A DNA stretch of 64,000 bases from an uncultured Acidobacteriota bacterium (lineage in GTDB: Bacteria; Acidobacteriota; Vicinamibacteria; Vicinamibacterales; 2-12-FULL-66-21). This document shows, piece after piece, positions 48,074 through 60,288 of the stretch (positions within the stretch are counted from its first letter, which is position 1; each line of letters starts with the position of its first letter). Made by a program: the position numbers and the translations under genes. The stretch spans positions 3,791,818-3,855,817 of the forward strand of contig CAWIKL010000001.1 in assembly GCA_963836665.1 (NCBI GenBank). Direction: 5' to 3'. Below the pieces are notes generated by a model that was not told the origin of the DNA, made no database searches, and worked only from the letters and a program-made list of their open reading frames with translations.

Positions 48074-48298
48074 TCACCCCTGCAAAATCTGCCGGACCGG
48101 ATCCGGCAGCAGGCGCGTGCCCAGTTTCCAGCAGGTGTTGCACGAGGGGCAGTCGTAATAGTGGATCGGCATCTGCGGCATCGACGCGGCCTGGGTGCGG
48201 AACGCGCCGGACGAAAGTTGCGTGTCGACGTGGACCAGCGTCGCCCCGCACGAGGGGCAGGCCGGATCCGCCGGGCGCTCGACGCTGATATCACTCAT
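48074..48298 (-). CDS. 74-aa zinc-ribbon-like protein (CPSC...CPSC)
   Basis: Two CxxC pairs. Its stop lies 3 nt before the dinB start, and its start overlaps the DUF1684 stop by 4 nt. Confidence 0.5.
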   Translation of the reverse strand: MSDISVERPADPACPSCGATLVHVDTQLSSGAFRTQAASMPQMPIHYYDCPSCNTCWKLGTRLLPDPVRQILQG

Positions 48299-49191
48299 CG
48301 TCCCGCCGCGGGCGCGGCGTTACCGTGCGTCCAGCGCAGCTCGCCGGCCGCGATCCGCACCGGCAGCTGATTTTCTTTCACCGGCAGCGGACAGGTCGCA
48401 AAGTCGGTGAACGCGCAGGGCGGGTTGTAAGCGCGGTTGAAATCGAGATCGACGACGCCGGCCTTGGGCAGCGGCGTGTGCAGGAAGCGGCCGGCGCCGT
48501 AGGTGTCCGTGCGGCTGCTCGGATCTTTGAAGATGAAAAAGAGGTCCTCGTGCTTCGAGGTCTCGTAGACCGGCTCGAGGCTGTAGGGCTTGCCGTCGAT
48601 CGTGAACTCGACCCGCCCAGGACTCTCCATCGGCACCAGCTGGCCGAGCACGTTCGGCACCTGCACGGTCTTCGACTTGTCGTAGGCGACGAACTTCGCC
48701 GTGACGTGGTAGCGCGCGTCGAGCGGGAAGTATTTCAAGCCGTCGAAATGCTGGCGCGCGTCGCTCTCTGGATCGAGCATGCGCAGGCCGATCTTGTCGG
48801 CGCGGCGGATGACGAAGAGCGTGACGCCGTTCACGGTGATCGCCGACTCCTCACCCTTGCGCGGATCGAACGTGAGCGTGTCGATCGGCTTGCCCGCCGA
48901 CGTGACCCCCGCGCCAGGTTCGGCAGTGAACGACACCGACGTGTCCTTGAGCGTGAACACCCCGACCTTCTTTGGCGTGCGCGGCGGCAGCTTGATGTCC
49001 GAGGCCGCATCGCTGCCGGCGTGGTTCGCCCCATCGCGCAGCCAGAACAGCCCCTGCACGGCGAGCCAGCCGTTGGGGGCCGTCAGCTCGGCGATGCGGT
49101 TCTTGCGGTAGTTGTCGATCTCCGCCTTGTAGGCGGGGGTCAGGTCAGCGGCCGCGGTCAGCAGCGTCAGGGCGAGAATCAGGGCGCGCAT
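48295..49191 (-). CDS. DUF1684 domain protein, secreted
   Basis: Signal peptide. C-terminal AYNPPCAFTDFATCPLP motif typical of DUF1684. Confidence 0.85.
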   Translation of the reverse strand: MRALILALTLLTAAADLTPAYKAEIDNYRKNRIAELTAPNGWLAVQGLFWLRDGANHAGSDAASDIKLPPRTPKKVGVFTLKDTSVSFTAEPGAGVTSAGKPIDTLTFDPRKGEESAITVNGVTLFVIRRADKIGLRMLDPESDARQHFDGLKYFPLDARYHVTAKFVAYDKSKTVQVPNVLGQLVPMESPGRVEFTIDGKPYSLEPVYETSKHEDLFFIFKDPSSRTDTYGAGRFLHTPLPKAGVVDLDFNRAYNPPCAFTDFATCPLPVKENQLPVRIAAGELRWTHGNAAPAAGR

Positions 49192-49600
49192 AAGGAATGA
49201 TTTTGTCCCATTCGTCGGCGCTCGACCGCGCCACGACGGCGACGACCGGGTCGGTGTCGCTCAGGTTGAACACTTCGTGGGGCACGCCGGGAGCGATGAA
49301 GATGAAGTCACCCGCCTCGTGATCGACGCGCTCCTGCAGACCGTCGCCGTACTCGTGGCGCAGACGTCCTTCGAGAATATAAAGCATCACCTCGAAGTCC
49401 ACGTGAACATGCGCCCCGGCAACGCCGCCCGGCGGAATCATCGCCACGTTCATCGAGAGTTGCGTCGCGCCGACGTTCTTGCCCGACATCCCGAGCTTGT
49501 AGCGGATGCCGTTCCAGTCGCGGCACACCCCGCTGCCGCGCACCCACATCAGTCCGTGCTGTCCCTCGACCTTCGGCGCGCCGTCCATGCGTTGGAGCAT
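49145..49600 (-). CDS. cupin-domain protein
   Basis: Cupin motifs GAHVHVDFEVMLYILEG and GDFIFIAPGVPHEV. Confidence 0.75.
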   Translation of the reverse strand: MLQRMDGAPKVEGQHGLMWVRGSGVCRDWNGIRYKLGMSGKNVGATQLSMNVAMIPPGGVAGAHVHVDFEVMLYILEGRLRHEYGDGLQERVDHEAGDFIFIAPGVPHEVFNLSDTDPVVAVVARSSADEWDKIIPYARPDSRPDAADRGR

Positions 49601-49624
49601 ATCGCGATCCGCGGCGGTCCGGGC

Positions 49625-52378
49625 CTAGTCAGCGCGGAGTGCCACCAGGGGATCGACTCGTGACGCACGCCGGGCAGGGATGACTCCAGCGGCCAGGGCC
49701 AGCACCAGCATCGCCGCCGCGGCGCCAGTGAGCGTGGCCGGATCGCGGGCCGCGAGTCCGAACAGCATCGACTGGAGTAGGCGGGTGCCGGCCAGCGCCA
49801 TCGGAACGCCGAGCAGCAATCCCAGCCCCGTCAGCGCCAGCGACTCGCGCAGCACCATCCACAGCACGCGCTCGCGCGCGGCCCCCAGCGCCATCCGGAC
49901 GCCAATCTCCGGCGTTCGCCGCGCCACGTTGTAGGCGAGCAACCCATAGAGTCCGATCGCCGAGAGCAGCAGCGCGACACTGCCGAGTAGCGCCGCCAAC
50001 CGCGCGAAGAGCCGCTCCTGCCTGAGTGACGTGGCGATCTGATCGGACTGCGTCATCACGCCGTAGACCGGCAGCGTCGCATCGATGCCGCGCACCACGT
50101 CGCGCACTGCCGCGGCCATCGGCGCCGGCGCCTCGGCCGTCCGCACCTCGAAGGTCGCCGCGTTCTTCATCGCCGGTGGATGCCGATAGAATGAGTACAT
50201 CGTCGGCGGCGGCTCGTCGCGCACTGACGTATATCGCGCATCCTCGACGACACCGACGATCTCCGCCGGGGCGTGGCGCTGACGCAGCGTGCCGGTGTTG
50301 AACTGGCGTCCGACGACATCTTCGCTCTGGAACAACTGCCTGGCGAGGGCGGTGTTGATGACGACCGTGGAGGCACCCGCCGCGTCACGCGGCGTGAACA
50401 CCCGGCCGCGCCGCAGGCGCATCCGCATCGTGTCGAAGAAGCGTTCGTCGATCGAAAGCTGCCACGCGAGATGCGTCTTGGAGAAGCTGCGCATCTCGGC
50501 GCTGCCCGGCTGCGGGGCATCCTCGTCGAGCCGCGACACCACGCCGACTGACGATGAGTTGCTGATCAACTTGTGGCTGGAGATCGACGCGGAGACAACG
50601 CCTGGCGTGGCGCGCAGACGCTCGAGGACGTCGGCATAGATGGCGGTCGTCCGTCCGGGATCGTAGCCATTGGCGGCGGGGTCGAGGCGGAAGAGCAGGA
50701 GATGACCCGCGTCGAAGCCGAGATCGGCCTGCTGCAGGTTCCGCACGGTGCGCACGAGCAGCGCCGCGCCGGCGACGAGCACGAGCGACAGTGCCATCTG
50801 CCCGATCACCAGGCCGGCCGACATTCTTCTGCGGCGGCGATCGCCGATCGTGCCGCGGCCGCTTTCCTGCAACGCCAAGCCGATTGACAGGTCCGTCGCC
50901 CGCAGGGACGGAACGACGCCGAAGACGGCCGCACAGGCGCACGCCAGCGTCACGGCGAATGCCAGGACCCGCGCGTCGACACGGGCAAGTAAATCGCCGG
51001 GTTCGAGCGCCGTGCTCAGCGCCGGCGCCAGCGCCGCCGCCAGCCAGTGCGCCAGGAAGACGCCGAGCACACCGCCGGTCACGCCAAGGAGCAGCGCCTC
51101 GGTCAGCAGCTGCCGCATGACGCGACGCCGCGGCGCGCCGATCGCGACGCGGATCGACAGCTCGCGGACGCGCGCGCGGCCGCGCGCCAGCAGCAGTCCG
51201 GCGACGTTGGCGCAGGCGACGAGCAGCACGGCAAGGGTGACGAGGGCCATCGCCCGGAGCGGGTCGCGCATCTGCTCGCGATCCTCGACCTGTCCGCGCC
51301 CGCCGGGCAGCAAGTCGATGCGCGGATAGTCCCGCGCGTTCAGCGACGGTTTCGCTGCGGCGACAGTCCGCTTCAAGAGCACGTCGAGGGCGCTGCGTGC
51401 GTCGGCGGCGGTGACGCCGGGCCGGAGCCGGCCGAGCATCAGCACCCACCAGAAGTTCGGATCGTCGAGCGGGTCGTCCCCCGGCATCACTCGCGCGTGC
51501 AGCGCCAACGGCACGAAGAGATCCGGATCGCTGCCGACCTGGCCGGTCCCGTGGAACGCTGCCGGCAAGACGCCGACGACGGTGACCGGAACATTGTTCA
51601 CGGCGATCGCGCGACCGACGACGCCAGCGCCGCCACCGAAGCGCCGCCGCCACAGCCGATCACTGATGACGGCCGCCGGCGGCGCGCCGGCGGTGTCGTC
51701 GATGGCGCCGAGCGTCCGTCCCTGCGCGGCGCCGACCCCGAGCACCTCGAAGTAATTGCCGCTGACCGCGTGCGCCGTGCCGACCTCGGGGCTGCCGCCG
51801 ACGGCGATGGTGACCTGGTAGAGATCCGCGAAACCGAGTACCTCGAGCTGGCGCGAGGCCTCCTTCTGGAAGGACTGAAAGGCGGCGCGCGAGAACGACG
51901 TACTGGCGAGGCCATCGGCATGCTGGTCGCCGTAGCCGTTGAGCGACGAGAAGGGAAACACCGGTCCGGACCGCCACTTCAGCACGACGAGCCGTGCGGG
52001 GTCGCGCACCGCCATCGTCCGTAACAAGACCGCGTCGGCGAGGCTGAACACCGCGGTGCCGGCGCCAATGCCGATGGCCAGGGAGGCAATGGCCACGGCG
52101 GAGAACGCCCGCGCGCGTGCAATCTGCCGAAGGCCGTAGCGGACGTCCTGCAGGACACTGTCCAGGGTCGGGAAACCCCACACCGCCCGCGAGTCCTCGC
52201 GCAGGCGCGCGACGTTGCCGATGGCGAGGGCGGCCCGGCGCCTCGCTTCCTCGCGCGGCAGACCGTCCGCCTCGAGCTGCTCGGCCTTCCAGGCTGCATG
52301 CTGGGCCAATTCCTCGCGCAGCTCGTCGTCGAGGCGGCCGCGGCGCAGCCAGGCCGCGAGGTGACGGAACATGCCCAT
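49625..52378 (-). CDS. ADOP-family duplicated MacB/FtsX permease (acidobacterial duplicated orphan permease)
   Basis: Family-typical N-terminus (LDDELREELAQHAAWKAEQL...DVRYGLRQIAR). Two MacB_PCD+FtsX halves. GGAGGA Shine-Dalgarno. Confidence 0.9.
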   Translation of the reverse strand: MGMFRHLAAWLRRGRLDDELREELAQHAAWKAEQLEADGLPREEARRRAALAIGNVARLREDSRAVWGFPTLDSVLQDVRYGLRQIARARAFSAVAIASLAIGIGAGTAVFSLADAVLLRTMAVRDPARLVVLKWRSGPVFPFSSLNGYGDQHADGLASTSFSRAAFQSFQKEASRQLEVLGFADLYQVTIAVGGSPEVGTAHAVSGNYFEVLGVGAAQGRTLGAIDDTAGAPPAAVISDRLWRRRFGGGAGVVGRAIAVNNVPVTVVGVLPAAFHGTGQVGSDPDLFVPLALHARVMPGDDPLDDPNFWWVLMLGRLRPGVTAADARSALDVLLKRTVAAAKPSLNARDYPRIDLLPGGRGQVEDREQMRDPLRAMALVTLAVLLVACANVAGLLLARGRARVRELSIRVAIGAPRRRVMRQLLTEALLLGVTGGVLGVFLAHWLAAALAPALSTALEPGDLLARVDARVLAFAVTLACACAAVFGVVPSLRATDLSIGLALQESGRGTIGDRRRRRMSAGLVIGQMALSLVLVAGAALLVRTVRNLQQADLGFDAGHLLLFRLDPAANGYDPGRTTAIYADVLERLRATPGVVSASISSHKLISNSSSVGVVSRLDEDAPQPGSAEMRSFSKTHLAWQLSIDERFFDTMRMRLRRGRVFTPRDAAGASTVVINTALARQLFQSEDVVGRQFNTGTLRQRHAPAEIVGVVEDARYTSVRDEPPPTMYSFYRHPPAMKNAATFEVRTAEAPAPMAAAVRDVVRGIDATLPVYGVMTQSDQIATSLRQERLFARLAALLGSVALLLSAIGLYGLLAYNVARRTPEIGVRMALGAARERVLWMVLRESLALTGLGLLLGVPMALAGTRLLQSMLFGLAARDPATLTGAAAAMLVLALAAGVIPARRASRVDPLVALRAD

Positions 52379-52389
52379 GCAGTCCTCCC

Positions 52390-52400
52390 TAGACTGTCTA
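52390..52400. promoter_or_regulatory. palindrome TAGACTGTCTA between PadR and the ADOP permease
   Basis: 5+1+5 palindrome with the same TAGAC/GTCTA half-sites, 12 nt upstream of the permease ATG. Confidence 0.45.
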
Positions 52401-52736
52401 TGCCGGGCGCATGACGCGGCTGATCGCCGCGATCAGCCGGTCGAAGCTCGACTCCGCGTCGCCGAGCGCGCGCCGTCCCGCGCGGGTCAGACGGTAATAG
52501 CGGGCGCGGCGATTGTTGGCCGATTGCCCCCACTCCGATGCCACCAGCCCCTGCAGCTGAAGGCGCTGCAGCGCCGGGTAAAGGGAGCCCTCCTCGACGT
52601 GCAGCACCTCGTCGGTCACGGTCCTGATGTGCTGGGCGATGCCGTAGCCATGCATGACGCCAATCGACAGCGTCTTCAGGACAAGCATGTCGAGCGTGCC
52701 CGGGAGAAGCTCCTGCCGGCCGGTCTTCTTTCCCAT
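52398..52736 (-). CDS. PadR-family transcriptional regulator (acidobacterial type, paired with ADOP)
   Basis: LDMLVLKTLSIGVMHGYGIAQHI...EGSLYPALQRLQLQGLV. I place the start at ATG 52736. Confidence 0.9.
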   Translation of the reverse strand: MGKKTGRQELLPGTLDMLVLKTLSIGVMHGYGIAQHIRTVTDEVLHVEEGSLYPALQRLQLQGLVASEWGQSANNRRARYYRLTRAGRRALGDAESSFDRLIAAISRVMRPA

Positions 52737-52748
52737 AGACAGTCTATG
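52734..52748. promoter_or_regulatory. perfect 15-bp palindrome CATAGACAGTCTATG over the PadR start codon
   Basis: 7+1+7 palindrome. Putative PadR autoregulatory operator. Confidence 0.5.
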
Positions 52749-52800
52749 AGACGTGTCGCCGGCCGTTTTGGTTGGGTGCGGCCGCCGGCCTCCAGCTAAG

Positions 52801-53607
52801 ATGCCGGAGATGCGGAGATGTCTCGGAATACTGGCCCTGTTGCTCGTCCCTGTCTGCGCGTTCGCCCAGGGGGCCGTCGTCGTGGTCGGCGGCGGAACGA
52901 CGAGCCCGGAAATCGTTGCCACGACGCTGGAGCTCGCCGGCGGCAAGGGAGTGGCGATCGTCGCGGTCCTGCCGCAGTCGTCGGCGGAGCCCGATGCCGG
53001 CGTCGCCTCGGTCGGCATGTGGCTCGAGGCCGGCGCCAAGGAAGCCACGAACGTTTCGTTCACCGACCGTTCCGCCGCCAGGGCTGTCCTCGATCGCGCG
53101 ACCCTGCTCTGGATGCCAGGCGGCGATCAGAACCGGTTCATGAAGGCCATCGAAGGTACCGGGCTCGACGACGTGATTCGCGCCAGGCACGCCGCTGGCG
53201 CGGTCATCGGTGGTACCAGTGCGGGAGCCGCCGTGCTGGCGGCCGAGATGTTCACCGGTGACGCCGACCTGAAGTCGCTGACGGCCGGGTCGACCGTGAC
53301 GGCGAGGGGCCTCGGCATCGTGCCCGGTCTGCTCATCGACCAGCATTTCCTCACCCGGCAGCGCGACAATCGGCTGATCAGTGCCGTGTTCGATCACCCC
53401 GCGCTCGTCGGTGTCGGGATCGACGAATCGACCGCGGTGATCGTGCACGGCAACGGCTTCGACGTCATCGGCCGCAGCGTCGTGGTGATCGTCGACGCAC
53501 GCCATGCCGCGATCGACAGGGCGGCGGCGGGCCGTCCAATCTCCGGAACCGGCATCATGCTCGCGGTCCTGCACGCCGGGCAGTCGTATTCGCTACAGGG
53601 ACGTTAA
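52801..53607 (+). CDS. secreted S51 peptidase (cyanophycinase-like)
   Basis: Signal peptide. MPGGDQNRF, GGTSAGAAV and IDQHF motifs. Confidence 0.8.
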   Translation: MPEMRRCLGILALLLVPVCAFAQGAVVVVGGGTTSPEIVATTLELAGGKGVAIVAVLPQSSAEPDAGVASVGMWLEAGAKEATNVSFTDRSAARAVLDRATLLWMPGGDQNRFMKAIEGTGLDDVIRARHAAGAVIGGTSAGAAVLAAEMFTGDADLKSLTAGSTVTARGLGIVPGLLIDQHFLTRQRDNRLISAVFDHPALVGVGIDESTAVIVHGNGFDVIGRSVVVIVDARHAAIDRAAAGRPISGTGIMLAVLHAGQSYSLQGR

Positions 53608-53946
53608 CTTCGCCTCGACGCCCTCGGCCATGATCTGCAGCGTCCGCCACGCGCGACCCAGCGCGCGTTCGCCATCCTTGTCTATGAGATAGTGCCGCCG
53701 CCGGCGGCCGCCCCTGACGCGCGTCGGCAGGCCGACGTAGGACGCGACCATTTTCTTGTCCTCGAGCCGCCCGAGTGTCATGTAGACGCTGCCTTCGGGT
53801 AGGTCGCGCCCGGTGCGGTCGATGATTTCCTTGCGGAGCGCGGCGCCGTAGGCGCCGTTGCCGAGGCGGACGAGGGCGAGCAGCATCAAGACCTCGAGCT
53901 CGCCGAGAATCGGCGCGTAGTAGTCCGCCGGATTTATATGACTCAC
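53593..53946 (-). CDS. PadR-family transcriptional regulator
   Basis: LEVLMLLALVRLGNGAYGAALRKEI...EGSVYMTLGRLEDKKMV. GTG start. Confidence 0.85.
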   Translation of the reverse strand: MSHINPADYYAPILGELEVLMLLALVRLGNGAYGAALRKEIIDRTGRDLPEGSVYMTLGRLEDKKMVASYVGLPTRVRGGRRRRHYLIDKDGERALGRAWRTLQIMAEGVEAKLTSL

Positions 53947-53968
53947 ATAGTTAAGTATATATTCAGTC

Positions 53969-53974
53969 TATAAT
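53969..53974 (+). promoter_or_regulatory. -10 box TATAAT in the AT-rich spacer upstream of the GSIII gene
   Basis: Perfect hexamer 36 nt upstream of ATG 54011. GAAAGGA Shine-Dalgarno-like element downstream. Confidence 0.4.
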
Positions 53975-54010
53975 CGATTTTTTCTCGCGTGCAGAAAGGA
54001 CACTTGCCAC

Positions 54011-56187
<2,177 letters not shown>

Positions 56188-56195
<8 letters not shown>

Positions 56196-56784
56196 TCCCG
56201 CGAGCCAACAGCAGCGCCTCGATGCGATCGAGGCGCTGCACGACGGCCTCCTGCCGCATCTCGTCGGAGGACGGTTTGCGGCCGAACATCGCCAGAGTCC
56301 CGCCCGGCTCGAGAATGCACTTCTCGACTTCCTTCAGCGTCTCGAAGCCCTGCTTGTGCGCCGCCGCCTCGAGCTCGTGGATGGTGATCACTTCCTTGTC
56401 CAGCGCGTGCTGCAGAACGCAGCCGTGCTCGACCAGCACGGTCGAGTTCCCCTCGATGAACTCGTCGATGTCGTGGTGGTGATAGAGAAACCGCACCACG
56501 AACCAGTTGAAGACGAGCAGCGTCGTCGCGCCGACCAGTCCGCCCAGCACCGAGTTGTCGTTGCCGATGATCGCGTTCTGCACCGTGTTGGAAATCGTCA
56601 GCAAGACGACGAGGTCGTAGGGGTTGAGCTGCGCCATCTGGCGCTTGCCGAAGAGCCGCAGCAGGACCAGCAGGGCGGCGTAGACCAGCAGGGGCCGGAC
56701 GATCTTCTCGATCCAGGGAACGCCGGGGATTAAAAGGTCGGACCAGAACATGAGCACTGCCTCCAGAGGCCGTAGCATACTCAA
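56188..56784 (-). CDS. DUF421 (YetF-like) membrane protein
   Basis: GKRQMAQLNPYDLVVLLTISNTV and a C-terminal soluble domain typical of DUF421. Confidence 0.8.
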
Positions 56785-56864
56785 CCCGGAGGCTGGTCGC
56801 GTGGTCCATCCGCGGGATCAGAAGGATCCGTGACACGCCGGCACCGGACGTGCCCCCCGGCTGG

Positions 56865-57770
56865 TTAGAACGTCAGCGTTCCCTCGCCGACGAGCACGCT
56901 GCGGCCCCCGACGCGCACGCGGCTCACCTCCTCGCCGCCCCCCTCGATCGAGATGTGCAGGCGGCTCGGGCGGATCATCCTCACGCCCTGCAGGTTGACG
57001 ATGTGTGACAGCCGCTCGCGCGCTACGAGCTGGTGCTTGTGCAGGTAGCAGCCGAGTGGTCCCGCGGCGCTGCCCGTCGCCGGGTCTTCGGAGACGCCGA
57101 GACCTGGCGCGAGCATCCGGCTGTAGATCGGTGCGTCGCCGCTCCCCTCGAGGGAAAAAATCAACAACGGCAGCTCTTTCAAGCCCGCCGCGGCACACAC
57201 CTTCGCATATTGCGCGCGGTCGATCTCGACGCGATCGACCCCGTCGCGTGAGCGGAGTGGTGCGATCAGGAACAGGTTCCCGCATGACACGGCTTCGGGC
57301 GCCGTGGATCCGAGATCGCTTGCACTGAGGCCGATCGCCGCGGCGAAGCGGGCGGGTTCGGCGATCGTCCCGGAGTAGGTCGGCTTGCTCTGCGTCATCC
57401 AGACGAAGTCGATCGCATCCTGCTTCCACTCGATCTCGACCGGTGTCGGTCCGACGCCAAGCCCGAAGACGAAGTCGCGCTGGCCGGCGGCGATCACCCC
57501 TTCTCTGGCCAGCGCAAAGGCCGATCCGACGGTCGGATGACCGGCCATCGGCAGCTCTTCACCCGGCGTGAAGATGCGCATCCGGACCCCGGTGTTGGGC
57601 ACCTCCGGCGGGAAGATGAACGTGCACTCGGAGAAGTTCATCTCGCGCGTGATCGACTGCATCATCGCCGTCGTCAGGCCAGCCGGCTCCGGGAAGACGG
57701 CAAGCTGGTTGCCTTCGAGCGCGCGATCGGTGAAGACGTCGTAATGGAGATAGCGCAGGCTGTGGTTCAT
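56865..57770 (-). CDS. PhzF-family isomerase
   Basis: YLHYDVFTD...GNQLAVF, ECTF, MAGHPTVG. I place the start at MNHSLRY (57770). Confidence 0.85.
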   Translation of the reverse strand: MNHSLRYLHYDVFTDRALEGNQLAVFPEPAGLTTAMMQSITREMNFSECTFIFPPEVPNTGVRMRIFTPGEELPMAGHPTVGSAFALAREGVIAAGQRDFVFGLGVGPTPVEIEWKQDAIDFVWMTQSKPTYSGTIAEPARFAAAIGLSASDLGSTAPEAVSCGNLFLIAPLRSRDGVDRVEIDRAQYAKVCAAAGLKELPLLIFSLEGSGDAPIYSRMLAPGLGVSEDPATGSAAGPLGCYLHKHQLVARERLSHIVNLQGVRMIRPSRLHISIEGGGEEVSRVRVGGRSVLVGEGTLTF

Positions 57771-57882
57771 AAATGTGCCAGGCCTCGACCCACTCACCCG
57801 AAGATAACCGATCGCAGGACCACGTGCTTGCCCCGCCAATCTTCGTGCTTGATGCCCCGAATTGATATCCTGCTGTCAGTCC

Positions 57883-60255
57883 ATGGCTAAACGCACCAAG
57901 AAGAAGGAAGCGTCCCTGTTCGACGTCGACGTCGACAACGGCGGTTCCTCGGGTCCCGGCGATGAACACGTCGCGCTGCACGAGGCCGCGCAGGCGCGCT
58001 ATCTCAACTATGCGCTGTCTGTCATCACGTCGCGCGCGTTGCCGGACGTGCGCGACGGACTGAAGCCGGTCCAGCGCCGCATCCTGTTCACGATGTGGCA
58101 GCAGAACATGACCGCCGACGCCAAGCACCGCAAGTGCGCCAAGGTCGTCGGCGACGTCATGGGCAACTACCATCCGCACGGCGACGTCGCGCTCTACGAG
58201 ACACTGGTGCGCATGGCGCAGCCGTTCTCGCTGCGCTATCCATTGGTGGACGGCTCCGGCAACTTCGGATCGCTCGACGGCGACAGCGCCGCGGCGATGC
58301 GCTACACCGAAGCGCGGCTGGCCAGGATTTCCGACGAGTTACTGACCGAAATCGATCAGTCGACCGTCACATTCCGCCCCAACTACGACGGTACGAAGAC
58401 CGAACCGGTCGTGCTGCCGGCGCGAATTCCGAACCTGCTGATCAACGGCGCCACCGGGATCGCCGTCGGCATGGCGACCAACATCCCGCCTCACAACCTG
58501 GCCGAGATCAGCACCGCCCTGGTCAAGCTGCTCGACAACCCGGACCTGAGCAGCGCACAGCTCTGCCGCTACGTGAAAGGTCCGGACTTTCCGACCGGCG
58601 GCGAGATGCTCAACTCGCCCGAAGAACTGAAGGAGATCTACAAGACCGGTTCCGGCGCGATCCGCCTGCGCGGCACGTGGGAGATGGGCCCGGAGACGCG
58701 TGCCACCAAGACGATCTACATCACCAGCGTCCCCTACACCGTCAACAAGGCGACGCTGGTCGAGCGCATCGCCGAAGTCGCGCTCAGCCGCAAGCTGCCG
58801 CCGCTCGTCGACGTCAAGGATCTGTCGACCGAAGACGTCCGCATCGCGCTCGAGATCAAGCGCGACGCCGACGAGAAGATGGTGATGGCGTACCTTTTCA
58901 AGCACACGCCGCTCCAGACCAATTTCCTGGTCAATTTGACCTGCCTGATCCCGACCGAGAACCCCGAGGTCGGCCGTCCCGAGCGCCTTGATCTGCACGC
59001 GATGCTCTGGCACTTCCTCCACTTCCGGCTCGAGGTGGTGACGCGGAGGCTGGAGCACGAGCTGGAGGCTCTGAAGAAGCGCATTCACATCCTCGAGGGC
59101 TTCGAGAAGGTCTTCGACGCGCTTGATGAGATCCTCAAGATCATCCGCAAGTCGGAAGGAAAGGCCGACGCGGCGGCGCAGGTCATGCGCAAGTACTCGC
59201 TCGACGCCGAGCAGACCGACGCGATCCTCGAGCTCAAGCTCTACCGGCTGGCGCGTCTCGAGATCCTGATCATCCGCAAGGAGCTCGACGAGAAGCGCAA
59301 GCGGGCACGGCAAATCGGGGGACTGCTCAAGGACGAAGTGAGCCGCTGGGCCATCGTCCGCGAGGAGATCGAGGCGCTCCACAAGCAGTACGGCGACGCG
59401 CGGCGCACGAAGATCTCGAGCGACGCCGGCGAGGCCGAGTACACCGCCGAAGACTTCATCGTCGAGGAAGACAACGTTGTCATCGTGTCGCGCGACGGCT
59501 GGGTCAAGCGGCAGAAGGAAGTGAAGGACATCGCGACCACGCGGCTGCGGGAAGGTGACCAGGTGCTGACCGTGCTGCAGGGCAGCACGCGCGCGACGGC
59601 GGTGTTCTTCAGTAACTTCGGCGTCGCCTACACGGCGCGCATCACCGATGTACCGGCGTCGACAGGGTACGGCGAGCCGATTCAGCGGCTCTTCAAGCTC
59701 AAGGACGGCGAGCGCATCGTCGACGCACTGAGCCTCGATCCACGGGTCGCCGGTGAGATCGCCGCGAAGAAGGAAGGCGCCGAGCCAAAGGTCCACGTCG
59801 TCGCCGTGACCAGCGACGGTTACAGCCTGCGCTTCTCGCTCGAGCCGTTCGTCGAGCCGAGCACGCGTGCCGGCCGCCGATTCGCGCGGACCGGCGAGGG
59901 GGCGGAAGTCGTCGGCGTCAACCGCCTGAGCGGTGGGGAAGTGCTGATCGTGGCCACGCGCGAAGCGCGCGGCCTGCTGACCAGGGCCGCGGAAGTGAAC
60001 TTCCTGTCGGGGCCCGGCCGCGGCGTCATCCTGATCAAGCTGGCGTCGAAGGAGGACCGCGTGCTCGGCTTCATCGCCTCCAGCGGCGACCGTGATCTGT
60101 TGACGGTGGAGACGAGTCGCGGCGCCGAACAGACGATCAGCACCGCAAAGTACGAAGTCACCGGGCGCGGCGGCAAGGGCCGCGAACTGCTGCAGCGCGG
60201 CCAATTCACGCGCGTCGTCTGGCCGGCACCTGAAGCGCCGCAGCCGTTGTCGTAG
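57883..60255 (+). CDS. type IIA topoisomerase subunit A (GyrA/ParC family)
   Basis: [23 protein letters not shown], and the active-site [10 protein letters not shown]. Beta-pinwheel CTD. No B subunit is adjacent. Confidence 0.9.
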   Translation: MAKRTKKKEASLFDVDVDNGGSSGPGDEHVALHEAAQARYLNYALSVITSRALPDVRDGLKPVQRRILFTMWQQNMTADAKHRKCAKVVGDVMGNYHPHGDVALYETLVRMAQPFSLRYPLVDGSGNFGSLDGDSAAAMRYTEARLARISDELLTEIDQSTVTFRPNYDGTKTEPVVLPARIPNLLINGATGIAVGMATNIPPHNLAEISTALVKLLDNPDLSSAQLCRYVKGPDFPTGGEMLNSPEELKEIYKTGSGAIRLRGTWEMGPETRATKTIYITSVPYTVNKATLVERIAEVALSRKLPPLVDVKDLSTEDVRIALEIKRDADEKMVMAYLFKHTPLQTNFLVNLTCLIPTENPEVGRPERLDLHAMLWHFLHFRLEVVTRRLEHELEALKKRIHILEGFEKVFDALDEILKIIRKSEGKADAAAQVMRKYSLDAEQTDAILELKLYRLARLEILIIRKELDEKRKRARQIGGLLKDEVSRWAIVREEIEALHKQYGDARRTKISSDAGEAEYTAEDFIVEEDNVVIVSRDGWVKRQKEVKDIATTRLREGDQVLTVLQGSTRATAVFFSNFGVAYTARITDVPASTGYGEPIQRLFKLKDGERIVDALSLDPRVAGEIAAKKEGAEPKVHVVAVTSDGYSLRFSLEPFVEPSTRAGRRFARTGEGAEVVGVNRLSGGEVLIVATREARGLLTRAAEVNFLSGPGRGVILIKLASKEDRVLGFIASSGDRDLLTVETSRGAEQTISTAKYEVTGRGGKGRELLQRGQFTRVVWPAPEAPQPLS

Positions 60256-60288
60256 ATGGTGAATGCCGGATACTGGTAGGAGACTGAG

